Shown piece by piece: positions 1 to 9,503 of a DNA stretch of 64,000 bases. Both the position numbers and the translations under genes were made by a program. Every line of letters starts with the position of its first letter. Position 1 is the first letter of the stretch. The stretch comes from Candidatus Latescibacterota bacterium (GTDB lineage: Bacteria > Latescibacterota > UBA2968 > UBA8231): positions 1,042,631 through 1,106,630 of the forward strand of contig CBDCNM010000001.1 of the NCBI GenBank assembly GCA_965219385.1, read 5' to 3'. Under the pieces are notes generated by a model. That model was given only the letters and a program-made list of their open reading frames with translations, had not been told where the DNA came from and did no database searches.

Positions 1-253
1 GGTTGGCAGGCTCATAGGAGCTGATATGGACACTGTGGAGGATGACTTCCCCTTTTTCGATGGCAGCGTAGCTATCTTTGAGGTTGACTTTGCCGGCGCG
101 GAGGGACTTTACTTCAGTGCCCTGCAAAACAATGCCCGTTTCGTAGAAGCCCAGAATTTCATAGTCATGGCGTGCTTTGCGGTTCTGGACGATGATTTTT
201 ATGCCATTCTTCTCCAGATCGGTCGAAGCTTTGTTTGTTGGTTTGGCGCTCAT
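1..253 (-). CDS. smpB: SsrA-binding protein SmpB (5' part; runs off the window start)
   Basis: Not in the ORF track. My translation from ATG at 253 gives [63 protein letters not shown], with the SmpB motifs NRKARHDY and GTEVKSLR. Confidence 0.95.
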   Translation of the reverse strand, partial: MSAKPTNKASTDLEKNGIKIIVQNRKARHDYEILGFYETGIVLQGTEVKSLRAGKVNLKDSYAAIEKGEVILHSVHISSYEPAN

Positions 254-302
254 GGTTACCCCTTGACGGTAAGGGGATCCTCCTTTAACTTTTTAGCTGG
301 GT

Positions 303-390
303 GCCGAAGTGGCGAAATTGGTAGACGCGCTGCGTTCAGGGCGCAGTGGGGCATGCCCCCGTGGAGGTTCGAGTCCTCTCTTCGGCACCA
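303..390 (+). tRNA. tRNA-Leu(CAG)
   Basis: GCCGAAG/CTTCGGC acceptor stem, anticodon arm CTGCG-TTCAGGG-CGCAG, long variable arm, GGTTCGAGTCC T-loop, encoded CCA. Confidence 0.97.
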
Positions 391-426
391 TTTTTATCTC
401 TTTAAAAAATTAACGATTTAGGCCAG

Positions 427-454
427 GCCGGGCAAGTTGATCGCCCGGCTTTCT
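427..454 (+). terminator. Probable intrinsic terminator after tRNA-Leu
   Basis: GCCGGGC-N9-GCCCGGC stem followed by TTTCT. Confidence 0.55.
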
Positions 455-464
455 CGTCTATTTT

Positions 465-756
465 CAGTACTTCACGAAATACCCGTACCTATTTGGACCT
501 CAAGGCCGGAGGGGATTTTGCCGGCGGCGTTTTATGGGGGGTGGAGCGAGGAAAAGAGGGCTCTGGGACTCAGAAGCCGTCTTAAAATTCCTGGTGAGCC
601 CAAAGCCCGAGCGAAAAGGCGGGGGCCGGCGGAGGTTTTGAGATGGCTTCTCAGGCCTGCCTGGGGGGTGGCGGGGAGCAAGAGCGCCTTGGGCATCATA
701 AAACGCCAGAGGCACAATCCCCGCACAGCCCCACCCGCCGATTCCGTGAAGTACTG
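465..756. mobile_element. MITE copy 1 (292 bp, non-autonomous; ends resemble ISH3/IS701-type elements)
   Basis: Terminal inverted repeats CAGTACTTCACGAAAT / ATTCCGTGAAGTACTG and a 5-bp direct repeat ATTTT on both sides (460-464, 757-761). Related copies at 49305-49493 and 62010-62066. Confidence 0.85.
573..650. mobile_element. 78-bp MITE nested inside MITE copy 1 (IS5-like ends)
   Basis: Inverted ends GAAGCCGTCTTAAAA / TTTTGAGATGGCTTC, flanked by TCA (570-572 and 651-653). Absent from copy 2. Confidence 0.6.
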
Positions 757-784
757 ATTTTCAACCCTGGAAAGGAGAGCAAAC

Positions 785-1162
785 ATGGCAAGCTTCCTCC
801 ACACCCGCATTCGCGTCAGCGATCTGGACCGATCTATTGACTGGTACTGTAAGCATCTGGGTTTTTCTCTGATCAACCGGTCGGATAAATCCCCGGCCGG
901 CAATCACATCGCCAACCTCGAACTTCCCGGCAATGAACATACCTTCGAACTCACCTGGTCGGCGGACTACGAACTCAAGGTCCCGGAGGACCTCATGCAT
1001 ATTGCCATTGGGGTGCCCGATCTTATCGCTTTCTGTGACCGGCTTGAAAAAGACGGTATCGAAATCTGGCCTGAGGACTGGAGAGAGACCTTTGTCTCGG
1101 GAAGAAAAATGGCCTTCATCGATGATCCTGATGGCTATGAAGTAGAATTGTTAGAGAGGTAA
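785..1162 (+). CDS. gloA: VOC family protein / lactoylglutathione lyase (glyoxalase I)
   Basis: FLHTRIRVSDLDRSIDWY, ELTW, HIAIGV and AFIDDPDGYEVEL motifs; RBS GGAG. Confidence 0.8.
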   Translation: MASFLHTRIRVSDLDRSIDWYCKHLGFSLINRSDKSPAGNHIANLELPGNEHTFELTWSADYELKVPEDLMHIAIGVPDLIAFCDRLEKDGIEIWPEDWRETFVSGRKMAFIDDPDGYEVELLER

Positions 1163-1191
1163 TCCGTCCCTTCCGGGGCATCTCTTCTTTG

Positions 1192-2487
1192 TCAAACCGC
1201 ATCCGCGTAGATTCCGGTTTCACCCTCGGTTTTGCCGATGATCACCGCACCACAGGTATCGCTAAACACGTTGACCGAGGTCCTGCACATATCGAGAATA
1301 CGATCTGTTACCCAGATGAGACCTACCGCCTCTAGGGGCAGGCCCACCACCCCGAGTATAATGGTGATGGCGACCAGACTGGAAGCTGGGATTCCCGCAA
1401 CTCCTATGGACGTCAGCAAGGCCAGAAGCACCACGGTAAGCTGGGTGGCAAAACCCATCTCAAAACCTTGAAGCACGCCGTAGATCTGTCCAATAAAGAC
1501 CACTACCACGCATTCGTACAGAGCCGTACCATCCATATTCACAGTAGCTCCAAGAGGCAGGGTAAAGCTGGTCGTGCGACCCGAAACGCCGGCGTCTCTC
1601 TCAACGGTCTCCATGGTCACCGGCAGGGTCGCCGCCGAGGAGGCGGTTGAGAATGCCGTAAGCAGCACCGGGGACATAGCTCTGTAGTGCTGGGCCGGAT
1701 TGACGCGACCGATAAGTTTGAGCAACAAGCCCAGGGTTATGAAAAAATGGATGGCCAGGGCTAACAGCACCGTGAGGAAAAACAGGAGCAATGGTTTGAA
1801 GGCGCCAAATCCCGTCCGGATGATAATGGGCGCAACCAGCCCAAAAACACCAATGGGCGCAAACTTGATAATCAGATCGGTTATCTTCATCATAACGCTC
1901 TGGGTCCCTTCCCAGAACTTCCTTTGTGACTCGCGGAGAGACTCGGGAAGCCGGCTGATGAAGAAGCCAAAGAGGAGGCTGAAGGTAATCAGGCCGAGCA
2001 ATTGACTATTATCGGTTGCAGCATCAATTATGTTCGGCGGCAACATGCGCAGAAAGATGTTTACCATATCCGAGGTCCCCTGCCCTGCAAACTTCTGGAC
2101 GAACTCTTCGGAGGTTTCCGCTTGACCCAGTATTTGCTGGGCCAATTCCACCCCTACGACCCCGGGCTGGACTATGTTGACCAGAACCCAACCTGTAAGA
2201 ATTGCCAGCAGGCCCGTCATCGAATAATAAATGAGTAGCTTCGAACCCATCCGGCCGAAGGCTCGGTCCGATCCAAGGCTCATAATCCCGCATATAATGG
2301 ATGAAAAGATCAGCGGAACGACTATCATCTTCAGGGCATTTTTAAACAGATCACCGAGGAAGACACAGGTTGCAACAAGCCCTTGGGTAAAACCGCTGTC
2401 CTGTAGCCCTCCCACCTTGATGATGACCGCAAAGAGTGCTGCAGCCAAAATTGCCAGGGCGATTTGCCAGTGCAGTTTTAGTTTCAT
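1192..2487 (-). CDS. Dicarboxylate/amino acid:cation symporter (DAACS, GltP-like)
   Basis: ALKMIVVPLIFSSI, AFSTASSAATLP, LPLGATVNMDGTALYE and DRILDMCRTSVNVFSD motifs. Start placed at ATG 2487. Confidence 0.93.
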   Translation of the reverse strand: MKLKLHWQIALAILAAALFAVIIKVGGLQDSGFTQGLVATCVFLGDLFKNALKMIVVPLIFSSIICGIMSLGSDRAFGRMGSKLLIYYSMTGLLAILTGWVLVNIVQPGVVGVELAQQILGQAETSEEFVQKFAGQGTSDMVNIFLRMLPPNIIDAATDNSQLLGLITFSLLFGFFISRLPESLRESQRKFWEGTQSVMMKITDLIIKFAPIGVFGLVAPIIIRTGFGAFKPLLLFFLTVLLALAIHFFITLGLLLKLIGRVNPAQHYRAMSPVLLTAFSTASSAATLPVTMETVERDAGVSGRTTSFTLPLGATVNMDGTALYECVVVVFIGQIYGVLQGFEMGFATQLTVVLLALLTSIGVAGIPASSLVAITIILGVVGLPLEAVGLIWVTDRILDMCRTSVNVFSDTCGAVIIGKTEGETGIYADAV

Positions 2488-2824
2488 TGGTATTCTTTTC
2501 AATGGTTGCGTGACTTTAAAAGGAGTGCACGACCCGCCAACCTAGTGGAGCCCGACAGAAGTAATCAAAGTCATTAATATACAATATTCTACACCATATG
2601 AAAACGGGTGGATTATTTCCTCCAGGACGCGCTGGTATGTGCGCCACCATGGTCAGTGTCTGGAGTGATTCCCCGGGGTGCTTCCCCGACGGTAAGTAGC
2701 CAGTATACTCCACCCCGACCCGGATGGCTGATTCTTTTTCCAAATGTCGTGTTTCTCTCGTAGCTTACAGCTTCCACTTGAGCACAAGAAAACCGCCATA
2801 GCTTACTTTCTACAGCGGTTTAAA

Positions 2825-2901
2825 TGGTACCCTCGGCGGGATTCGAACCCACGACCCACAGATTAGGAATCTGTTGCTCTATCCTGCTGAGCTACGAGGG
2901 C
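2825..2901 (-). tRNA. tRNA-Arg(CCT)
   Basis: Reverse complement reads GCCCTCGTAGCTCAGCAGGATAGAGC...ACAGA-TTCCTAA-TCTGT...GGTTCGAATCC...ACCA. Confidence 0.97.
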
Positions 2902-3060
2902 CCAAAAGCCGACAGACCGCAAGTGCTTCCCGAAGGAACTCGAGATCCGATGAGTTCTCTTTCTTTATAATTTAGCCTAAAATGCCCGGTGAAGCAAGAA
3001 AGCCTCCATCCTTCAATTTTTGGCCCGAGCGGCCCCTCAACCACTCTAAGCTCTTTATTT

Positions 3061-3171
3061 TATTGGACTTTTGCAAAAATCGGAAAATTTGTGGAAAATC
3101 ACCACTCCATGCCGACTGCGGTAGCAATATCAGTCAAGCTCGCAAAAAGTCAAATTTGCAAAAGTCCAGTA
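3061..3171. repeat. 17-bp inverted repeat pair upstream of the act operon
   Basis: TATTGGACTTTTGCAAA (3061-3077) and TTTGCAAAAGTCCAGTA (3155-3171), one mismatch. Confidence 0.7.
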
Positions 3172-3318
3172 CTTATTTTCATATTCCTGTTGACTTTACC
3201 TGTAACTTCCATATTTTTACACCTGCGTTGCACGGAATCCTTGCTCGCCTGTTCAAACGAGATGGGGCGGCCCTCCTCCCTTCTCCGCCACGTTCTCAGT
3301 TAAAATAAACACCTTTAG

Positions 3319-3975
3319 ATGGCTCAGATATTTCCTCGTAGCGCCAATTGGGCTTCAAAAGCCAGCATTCTCGTAGGACTCATCATCGTCGGCACCCTGC
3401 TTGGTTACATCCTCAATATCAACCGCACATATTACGTCAGCCAGGTGAATATACCAAGGGATCAACCCGTGCCCTTCAGCCACAAGCACCACGTCACCGG
3501 CATGGGTCTTGATTGTCGCTACTGCCATAGCACCGTTGAAGAGACCGCTTTTGCTGGTATCCCGCCCACGGAAACCTGCATGACCTGCCACTCCCAGATC
3601 TGGACAGAAGCGCCCATCCTCGAACCGGTTCGGGCCAGCTTTCGCGACAACAAAGCCCTGGAATGGACCCGGGTACACGATCTGCCCGACTTTGTTTTCT
3701 TCAATCATAGTATTCATGTCAACAAAGGGGTTGGTTGCCAGACCTGTCATGGTCAGGTCGACCAGATGCCGCTCATGTGGAAAGAGAATAGCCTCAACAT
3801 GGAGTGGTGCCTGGAGTGCCATCGCGCCCCTGAGAAGTTCATTCGACCTCGCGAGGAAGTCTTCAACATGGCCTGGAAAGCCCCTGATGATCAGGAAGCT
3901 CTGGGTCGCCAACTCGTAGAGGAATACCAGATCAAGAAGGTTCAACTAACCGATTGCTCGATCTGCCACCGCTAA
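3319..3975 (+). CDS. actA: Alternative complex III pentaheme cytochrome c subunit ActA
   Basis: N-terminal TM helix and five CxxCH motifs (CRYCH, CMTCH, CQTCH, CLECH, CSICH); MAQIF start and QPVPFSHKHH motif. Confidence 0.95.
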   Translation: MAQIFPRSANWASKASILVGLIIVGTLLGYILNINRTYYVSQVNIPRDQPVPFSHKHHVTGMGLDCRYCHSTVEETAFAGIPPTETCMTCHSQIWTEAPILEPVRASFRDNKALEWTRVHDLPDFVFFNHSIHVNKGVGCQTCHGQVDQMPLMWKENSLNMEWCLECHRAPEKFIRPREEVFNMAWKAPDDQEALGRQLVEEYQIKKVQLTDCSICHR

Positions 3976-6971
3976 TGAAAGAAAAAATTACCCGCAAAAG
4001 CCTGGAAATAAAAGATAACCGCACCTGTCTGCCCCAATCCGCTGGCCGCGAGCACTGGCGCAGCCTCGACGAACTCGCCCGCACAGATGAGTTTCAGGAA
4101 ATGCTCCAGCGCGAATTCCCCGAGCAAGCCTCGGAAATGAATGACCCGGCGAGCCGGCGCAATTTCCTGAAGTTAATGGGCGCTTCCCTGGCTTTCGGAG
4201 GCCTCACGGGGTGTACCGTTCAGCCGGCTGAAAAAATCGTCCCCTATGTGCGCGCTCCGGAAAACATGCTTCCCGGCAAACCCTTGTACTATGCATCGGC
4301 CATGCCTCTGAGCGGGGTGGCTACCGGTATTCTGGTCGAAAGTCATATGGGGCGCCCCACCCATATCGAAGGCAATCCTCAACATCCAGGTAGTCTGGGC
4401 GGAGTCAATACCCTGATTCAAGCTTCGGTGCTCGACCTCTACGATCCAGACCGTGCCCAGACAGTCAAAAATGCCGGTCGGATCAGCACCTGGAGCAACT
4501 TTTTGCAGGACCTCAACCTAGGCCTGGAACGGCAGCGTCTCAAAAAAGGGGCCGGCCTGAGGATACTCACCCAAACAGTGGGTTCGCCTACTCTGGGCTA
4601 CCAACTCAAGACCCTCCTCGAAGGGCTTTCCCAGGCCCGCTGGCACCAGTACGAACCTGCCAACCGCGACAACGTCAGAGCCGGTGCCATGCTCGCCTTT
4701 GGAGAGCCGGTCCACACCTATTGCGATTTTTCGCAAGCAGATGTGGTCCTCTCCCTGGACGCGGATTTTGCTTTCAGCGGCCCCGGCAATACCCGCTATG
4801 CCCGCGATTTTGCCGCTGGCCGCCGGCTCGCCGAGGGCGCCAAAGAAATGAACCGCCTCTACGCGGTGGAAAGCACCCCTACGGCCACCGGCAGTATAGC
4901 GGATCACCGCATGGCCTTGAGCACGGGGGAAATCGAGGCTTTCGCTCTGACCCTGGCCCGGAAGCTGGAGGTTTCCTGGACCTCGGAGGAAAAGCTCGAA
5001 CCCTACGACGACGAGGCTGGCTGGTTAGAGCCTCTGGCGCGCGATCTGCGCAAGAATCGAGGTTCCAGCCTGGTTATCGCCGGCGACTACCAGGCCCCGG
5101 CCTTGCACGCCCTTGCCCACGCCATTAACGAGGCTTTGGGCAATGTCGGAAAAACCGTCCACTACACCGACCCCATCGAGGTGGAATCTGTAGACCAGAG
5201 CCAGTCCCTGCGGGAACTGGTGAACGACATAAGGGCCGGACAGGTAGACCTACTTGTCATCCTGGGCGGGGACCCGGTCTTCAATACACCGGCGGATCTG
5301 GAGTTTGGCCAGGCTCTACAGATGGTCGAGTTTCGCGCCTACCTGGGTATGTATGAAAACCAAACCTCGAATCTGTGTCACTGGCATATCCCCGAGTCCC
5401 ACTACCTGGAATCCTGGAGCGACGCCCGCGCCTACGACGGCACGGTTTCAATCATCCAGCCCCTAGTTGAACCGCTTTATGGCACCAAATCCGCCCACGA
5501 ACTGCTTGGAGCCATGAACGGTCAGACCGGCCGTCCGGTCCTCGACACCCTGCGAGAGTACTGGGCGAACCAGGCTGTCGCCGGGGACTTCGAGGAATTC
5601 TGGCTTCAGTCCCTGCACGACGGGGTGCTGTCCGACACTGCCCTGCCCGCCAAAACCGTCACCCCGAACAAAAACCTGCGGATTCCCACGGGAATTGGCC
5701 GCGGCCTGCAAGAAGAGGAACTCGAACTGGTTTTGCGGCCGGATCCGCTGATCTGGGACGGCCGTTTTGCCAACAACGGCTGGTTGCAGGAAACCCCCAA
5801 CCCCATCACCAAGCTTACCTGGGACAACGCCGCCCTTTTAAGTCCGGCCACCGCAAAGCGTCTGGGGGTCCAAAACGAGCAAATAGTTCATTTGAATTAC
5901 CAGGGCCGCTCCATCAGCGCTCCTGTATGGATCGCGCCAGGCCAGGCCCGCGATGTAGTGACCGTCCACCTGGGCTATGGTCAGATCCGCAGCGGTCGGG
6001 GCGGCACCGATGCCGGCTTCAATGCCTATGCGCTGCGGCCGTCCACCCATTTGTGGGGCGGAAAAGGCCTGCAGATCGCCAAAACCTTTGAGCGCCATCC
6101 ACTGGCCTGCACCCAGGACCACCACAGCATGGAGGGCCGCCACCTGGTCCGCCACGGCAACCTGCAGGAGTACAAAAAGCATCCAACCTTCGCCCGGGAA
6201 GAGGGCCACAATTTCCCCGCGGATTTCACCCTTTACTCCGGGTTTGAGTACAACGGCAATGCCTGGGGCATGACCATTGACCTGAACGCCTGCATCGGCT
6301 GCAATGCCTGTTCCGTGGCCTGCCAGTCCGAAAACAATATCCCGGTCGTGGGCAAGGAAGAGGTGCTCAATGCACGGGAAATGTCCTGGATCCGCATCGA
6401 CCGCTACTACGCCGGCGATATGGACGATCCCGAGATCCTCCACCAGCCCGTCCCCTGTCAACAGTGCGAAAACGCCCCGTGCGAGCTGGTCTGTCCGGTG
6501 ACCGCAACCTCGCACAGCGAAGAAGGTCTCAACGACATGGTCTACAACCGCTGCGTGGGCACCCGTTACTGTTCCAACAACTGTCCTTACAAGGTCCGGC
6601 GCTTTAATTTTCTGCAGTACGCGGACCGCGACACCGAGAGCTTGAAGTTACAGAAAAATCCCGATGTAACCATACGAGCACGCGGGGTGATGGAAAAGTG
6701 CACCTATTGCGTCCAGCGCATCAACACCGCGCGCATCGAGTCCAAGAAGGCCGGCCAACCCATCCGCGACGGCCAGATCAAAACCGCCTGCCAGCAAGCC
6801 TGTCCCACTGAGGCCATTGCCTTTGGAGATATCAACGATCCCAAGGCCAAGGTGGCCAAGCTCAAGGCCAGTCCGCTCAACTACGAGATCCTGAACGAAT
6901 TGAACACCCGGCCCCGCACCTCTTACCTAGCCCGGGTGAACAATCCCAACTCGGAGATAATCGAGAGCTGA
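3975..6971 (+). CDS. actB: Alternative complex III subunit ActB (TAT-exported molybdopterin-oxidoreductase-like domain fused to a Fe-S domain)
   Basis: WRSLDEL, TAT motif SRRNFLKLMG, GRPTHIEGNPQHP, C-terminal CIGCNAC, CQQCENAPC, CVGTRYCSNNCPY, EKCTYC. ATG at 3975 overlaps the actA stop (TAATG). Confidence 0.95.
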   Translation: MKEKITRKSLEIKDNRTCLPQSAGREHWRSLDELARTDEFQEMLQREFPEQASEMNDPASRRNFLKLMGASLAFGGLTGCTVQPAEKIVPYVRAPENMLPGKPLYYASAMPLSGVATGILVESHMGRPTHIEGNPQHPGSLGGVNTLIQASVLDLYDPDRAQTVKNAGRISTWSNFLQDLNLGLERQRLKKGAGLRILTQTVGSPTLGYQLKTLLEGLSQARWHQYEPANRDNVRAGAMLAFGEPVHTYCDFSQADVVLSLDADFAFSGPGNTRYARDFAAGRRLAEGAKEMNRLYAVESTPTATGSIADHRMALSTGEIEAFALTLARKLEVSWTSEEKLEPYDDEAGWLEPLARDLRKNRGSSLVIAGDYQAPALHALAHAINEALGNVGKTVHYTDPIEVESVDQSQSLRELVNDIRAGQVDLLVILGGDPVFNTPADLEFGQALQMVEFRAYLGMYENQTSNLCHWHIPESHYLESWSDARAYDGTVSIIQPLVEPLYGTKSAHELLGAMNGQTGRPVLDTLREYWANQAVAGDFEEFWLQSLHDGVLSDTALPAKTVTPNKNLRIPTGIGRGLQEEELELVLRPDPLIWDGRFANNGWLQETPNPITKLTWDNAALLSPATAKRLGVQNEQIVHLNYQGRSISAPVWIAPGQARDVVTVHLGYGQIRSGRGGTDAGFNAYALRPSTHLWGGKGLQIAKTFERHPLACTQDHHSMEGRHLVRHGNLQEYKKHPTFAREEGHNFPADFTLYSGFEYNGNAWGMTIDLNACIGCNACSVACQSENNIPVVGKEEVLNAREMSWIRIDRYYAGDMDDPEILHQPVPCQQCENAPCELVCPVTATSHSEEGLNDMVYNRCVGTRYCSNNCPYKVRRFNFLQYADRDTESLKLQKNPDVTIRARGVMEKCTYCVQRINTARIESKKAGQPIRDGQIKTACQQACPTEAIAFGDINDPKAKVAKLKASPLNYEILNELNTRPRTSYLARVNNPNSEIIES

Positions 6972-6972
6972 T

Positions 6973-8373
6973 ATGCCAGAGGCTGCAACTTCATCTGGAA
7001 AGCCCTATATCCCCCCCCCCTCCGAACTGGGTCCCGGTCAGACCTCCTACACCTCGATCACCGAGAAGCTCAGTTCGATCGCGCTGACTCGCTCCACCCC
7101 CCTGTCGTGGTGCGCCGCCTGTTTGGTGGGCTTCCTTCTGCTCCAGGCGTTTCTCATCTCCGTGGCCTACCTGTTCTACGAAGGCGTGGGCATCTGGGGA
7201 CTCAACGTCCCGATCGGTTGGGGTTTTGCCATCATCAACTTCGTCTGGTGGATCGGGATCGGCCATGCCGGGACCCTGATCTCGGCCATCCTCCTGCTCT
7301 TCCGCCAGAAGTGGCGCACCTCCATCAACCGCTCCGCCGAGGCCATGACCATTTTCGCGGTGATGTGCGCCGCCATGTTTCCGCTCATCCACACCGGTCG
7401 TCCCTGGCTGGCGGTGTACTGGCTTTTGCCCTACCCCAACTCCATGGGCATCTGGCCGCAGTTCCGCAGCCCCCTGATCTGGGATGTCTTTGCCGTCTCT
7501 ACCTACTTCACGGTATCCCTGCTCTTCTGGGTCATGGGCATGATCCCGGACTTCGCCAGTTTCCGGGATCGCGCCAGGCATCGCATCACTCAGGTCTTCT
7601 TCGGGGTTCTCGCCATGGGCTGGCGCGGTTCGGCCATCCACTGGGAGCGCTACGAGATGGCCTCCCTGCTAATGGCCGGTCTGGCCACCCCCCTGGTCCT
7701 GTCGGTACACAGCATCGTGAGTCTCGACTTTGCCATTGCCATTATACCCGGCTGGCACACCACCATTTTTCCACCTTACTTCGTGGCCGGGGCCATCTAC
7801 GCCGGGTTTGCCATGGTGCTGACCCTGATGATTCCGGTGCGCCGGATCTTCGGACTGGAGGACTTCATCACCGACCGCCACCTCGAGAACATGGGCAAAG
7901 TCATGCTGGTTTCGGGGCTGGTCGTGGCCTACGGCTATTTTATGGAACAATTCATGGCCTGGTACAGCGCCAGCGTCTACGAAGGTTATATGATGCAAAA
8001 CCGCATGCACGGTCCTTATGGGCACTACTACTGGTTGCTCATCCTGTGCAATATTATCGTACCGCAACTCCTCTGGGTCAAAAAGGCCAGGACCAGTACC
8101 ATCTGGCTCTTCATCGTCTCGATGTTCATCAACGTGGGGATGTGGCTGGAGCGCTTCATCATCGTGGTAGTCAGCCTGCATCGGGACTTCATGCCCACCT
8201 CCTGGGACATGTACTATCCCACCATCTGGGACTGGGCCACCTATATTGGTACCATCGGGCTCTTCCTCTTCCTGTTCGCCCTCTTCATTCGGGGGCTGCC
8301 CTTGATTGCAATCCACGAAATACGCGCTCTCCTGCCCCTTGGAGGCAAAAAAATAGCTGAGCACCATGAATAG
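6973..8373 (+). CDS. actC: Alternative complex III quinol-binding membrane subunit ActC (NrfD family)
   Basis: NFVWWIGIGHAGTLISA, HTGRPW, FRSPLIWD and PGWHTTIFPPYFVAGA motifs. Confidence 0.95.
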   Translation: MPEAATSSGKPYIPPPSELGPGQTSYTSITEKLSSIALTRSTPLSWCAACLVGFLLLQAFLISVAYLFYEGVGIWGLNVPIGWGFAIINFVWWIGIGHAGTLISAILLLFRQKWRTSINRSAEAMTIFAVMCAAMFPLIHTGRPWLAVYWLLPYPNSMGIWPQFRSPLIWDVFAVSTYFTVSLLFWVMGMIPDFASFRDRARHRITQVFFGVLAMGWRGSAIHWERYEMASLLMAGLATPLVLSVHSIVSLDFAIAIIPGWHTTIFPPYFVAGAIYAGFAMVLTLMIPVRRIFGLEDFITDRHLENMGKVMLVSGLVVAYGYFMEQFMAWYSASVYEGYMMQNRMHGPYGHYYWLLILCNIIVPQLLWVKKARTSTIWLFIVSMFINVGMWLERFIIVVVSLHRDFMPTSWDMYYPTIWDWATYIGTIGLFLFLFALFIRGLPLIAIHEIRALLPLGGKKIAEHHE

Positions 8374-8914
8374 AGAATCTTCTCCTCCATTTTTTTATGG
8401 CTTGATGGCCGAATTCGAAGGGCCCGAAGACCTGCTCAGCGCAGCAAAGCGTGCCTACGAAGCCGGCTATCGCAAACTGGATGCCTACTCTCCGCTCCCC
8501 ATTCACGGGCTGAGCGCCGCCATCGGCTTTCCCCGTACCAATCTGGGTTACGCAACCTTTATCTGCGGCCTGATAGGAGCTATTTCAGGGTACGGCCTGC
8601 AGTACTGGATCCACGTAATAGACTACCCTATCAACATCGCGGGACGTCCACTCCATAGTGGTCCCAGTTTCATACCCGTGACCTTTGAGCTGACCATACT
8701 TTTTGCCGCCTTCGGCACTTTCTTTGGCATGCTGATCGCCAATCGACTGCCCACGCCCTATCATCCCGTATTCAACCTCCCCAGCTTTGCCCGGGCCAGC
8801 CAGGATCGTTTTTTCCTCTGTATCGAAGCCGAAGACCCCCAATTTGATGCCGAAGAGACCAGGCGTTTTCTCGAAGATCTGAATCCCCAAGAGGTATCCC
8901 AAGTGGAGCACTGA
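8366..8914 (+). CDS. actD: Alternative complex III subunit ActD (DUF3341)
   Basis: DAYSPLPIHG, YPINIAGRP and FIPVTFELTILFAA motifs; operon position. Confidence 0.92.
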   Translation: MNRESSPPFFYGLMAEFEGPEDLLSAAKRAYEAGYRKLDAYSPLPIHGLSAAIGFPRTNLGYATFICGLIGAISGYGLQYWIHVIDYPINIAGRPLHSGPSFIPVTFELTILFAAFGTFFGMLIANRLPTPYHPVFNLPSFARASQDRFFLCIEAEDPQFDAEETRRFLEDLNPQEVSQVEH

Positions 8915-8918
8915 CAAC

Positions 8919-9503
8919 ATGGTTTCGTTCAAGGCTACAAAATGGCTGTGGGTTGGTCTGGTCTTTCTCCTGTATTTCGCCGCGGGGTGTGAACTGCGTC
9001 AGGCCATGTACAACCAGCCCAAACTCGATCCCCTCGAGGCCTCGGATTTCTTTGCCGATGGGCTCTCCGCCCGTCAGCCTGTCCCGGGAACCGTGGCCCG
9101 GGGCCAACTGCGCTTTGACAAGCACCTTTATCAGGGCAAGGTAAACGGGGAATTGGCCACTACTTTGCCCGTGGAATTGAGTAAAGGCCTCCTCACAAGA
9201 GGCCAGGAGCGCTACAATATCTACTGTTCCCCCTGTCACGATCGCACCGGTCGAGGCAATGGCATGGTCGTCCAGCGCGGTCTCAAACAACCGCCCTCCT
9301 TTCACGAGGAACGCTTGCGGGAAGTTGCCATAGGCCATTTCTTCGACGTTATGACCAACGGTTTCGGCGCCATGTACAGTTATGCCTCCCGCATATCGGT
9401 AGAGGATCGCTGGGCTATTGCCGCCTACGTACGCACCCTGCAATTCAGCCAGAACGCGGAATTCAACCAGCTACCGGAAGAAGATCAAAGGCATTTAAAA
9501 TGA
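8919..9503 (+). CDS. actE: Alternative complex III monoheme cytochrome c lipoprotein ActE
   Basis: Lipobox-like AAGC, MYNQPK, single CSPCH, GFGAMYSYA and DRWAIAAYVR. Confidence 0.92.
   Translation: MVSFKATKWLWVGLVFLLYFAAGCELRQAMYNQPKLDPLEASDFFADGLSARQPVPGTVARGQLRFDKHLYQGKVNGELATTLPVELSKGLLTRGQERYNIYCSPCHDRTGRGNGMVVQRGLKQPPSFHEERLREVAIGHFFDVMTNGFGAMYSYASRISVEDRWAIAAYVRTLQFSQNAEFNQLPEEDQRHLK

Noticed and set aside
26..421. 131-aa plus-strand ORF
   Set aside because: Antisense shadow of smpB that runs through tRNA-Leu.
437..757. 106-aa ORF and overlapping short ORFs
   Set aside because: They lie within the non-coding MITE and show no transposase motifs.
2516..2743. Possible riboswitch, small ORF or IS end (CTAGTGGAGC, also at 22581) upstream of the DAACS gene
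   Set aside because: No recognisable aptamer, no partner inverted repeat, and the 10-bp match may be chance.
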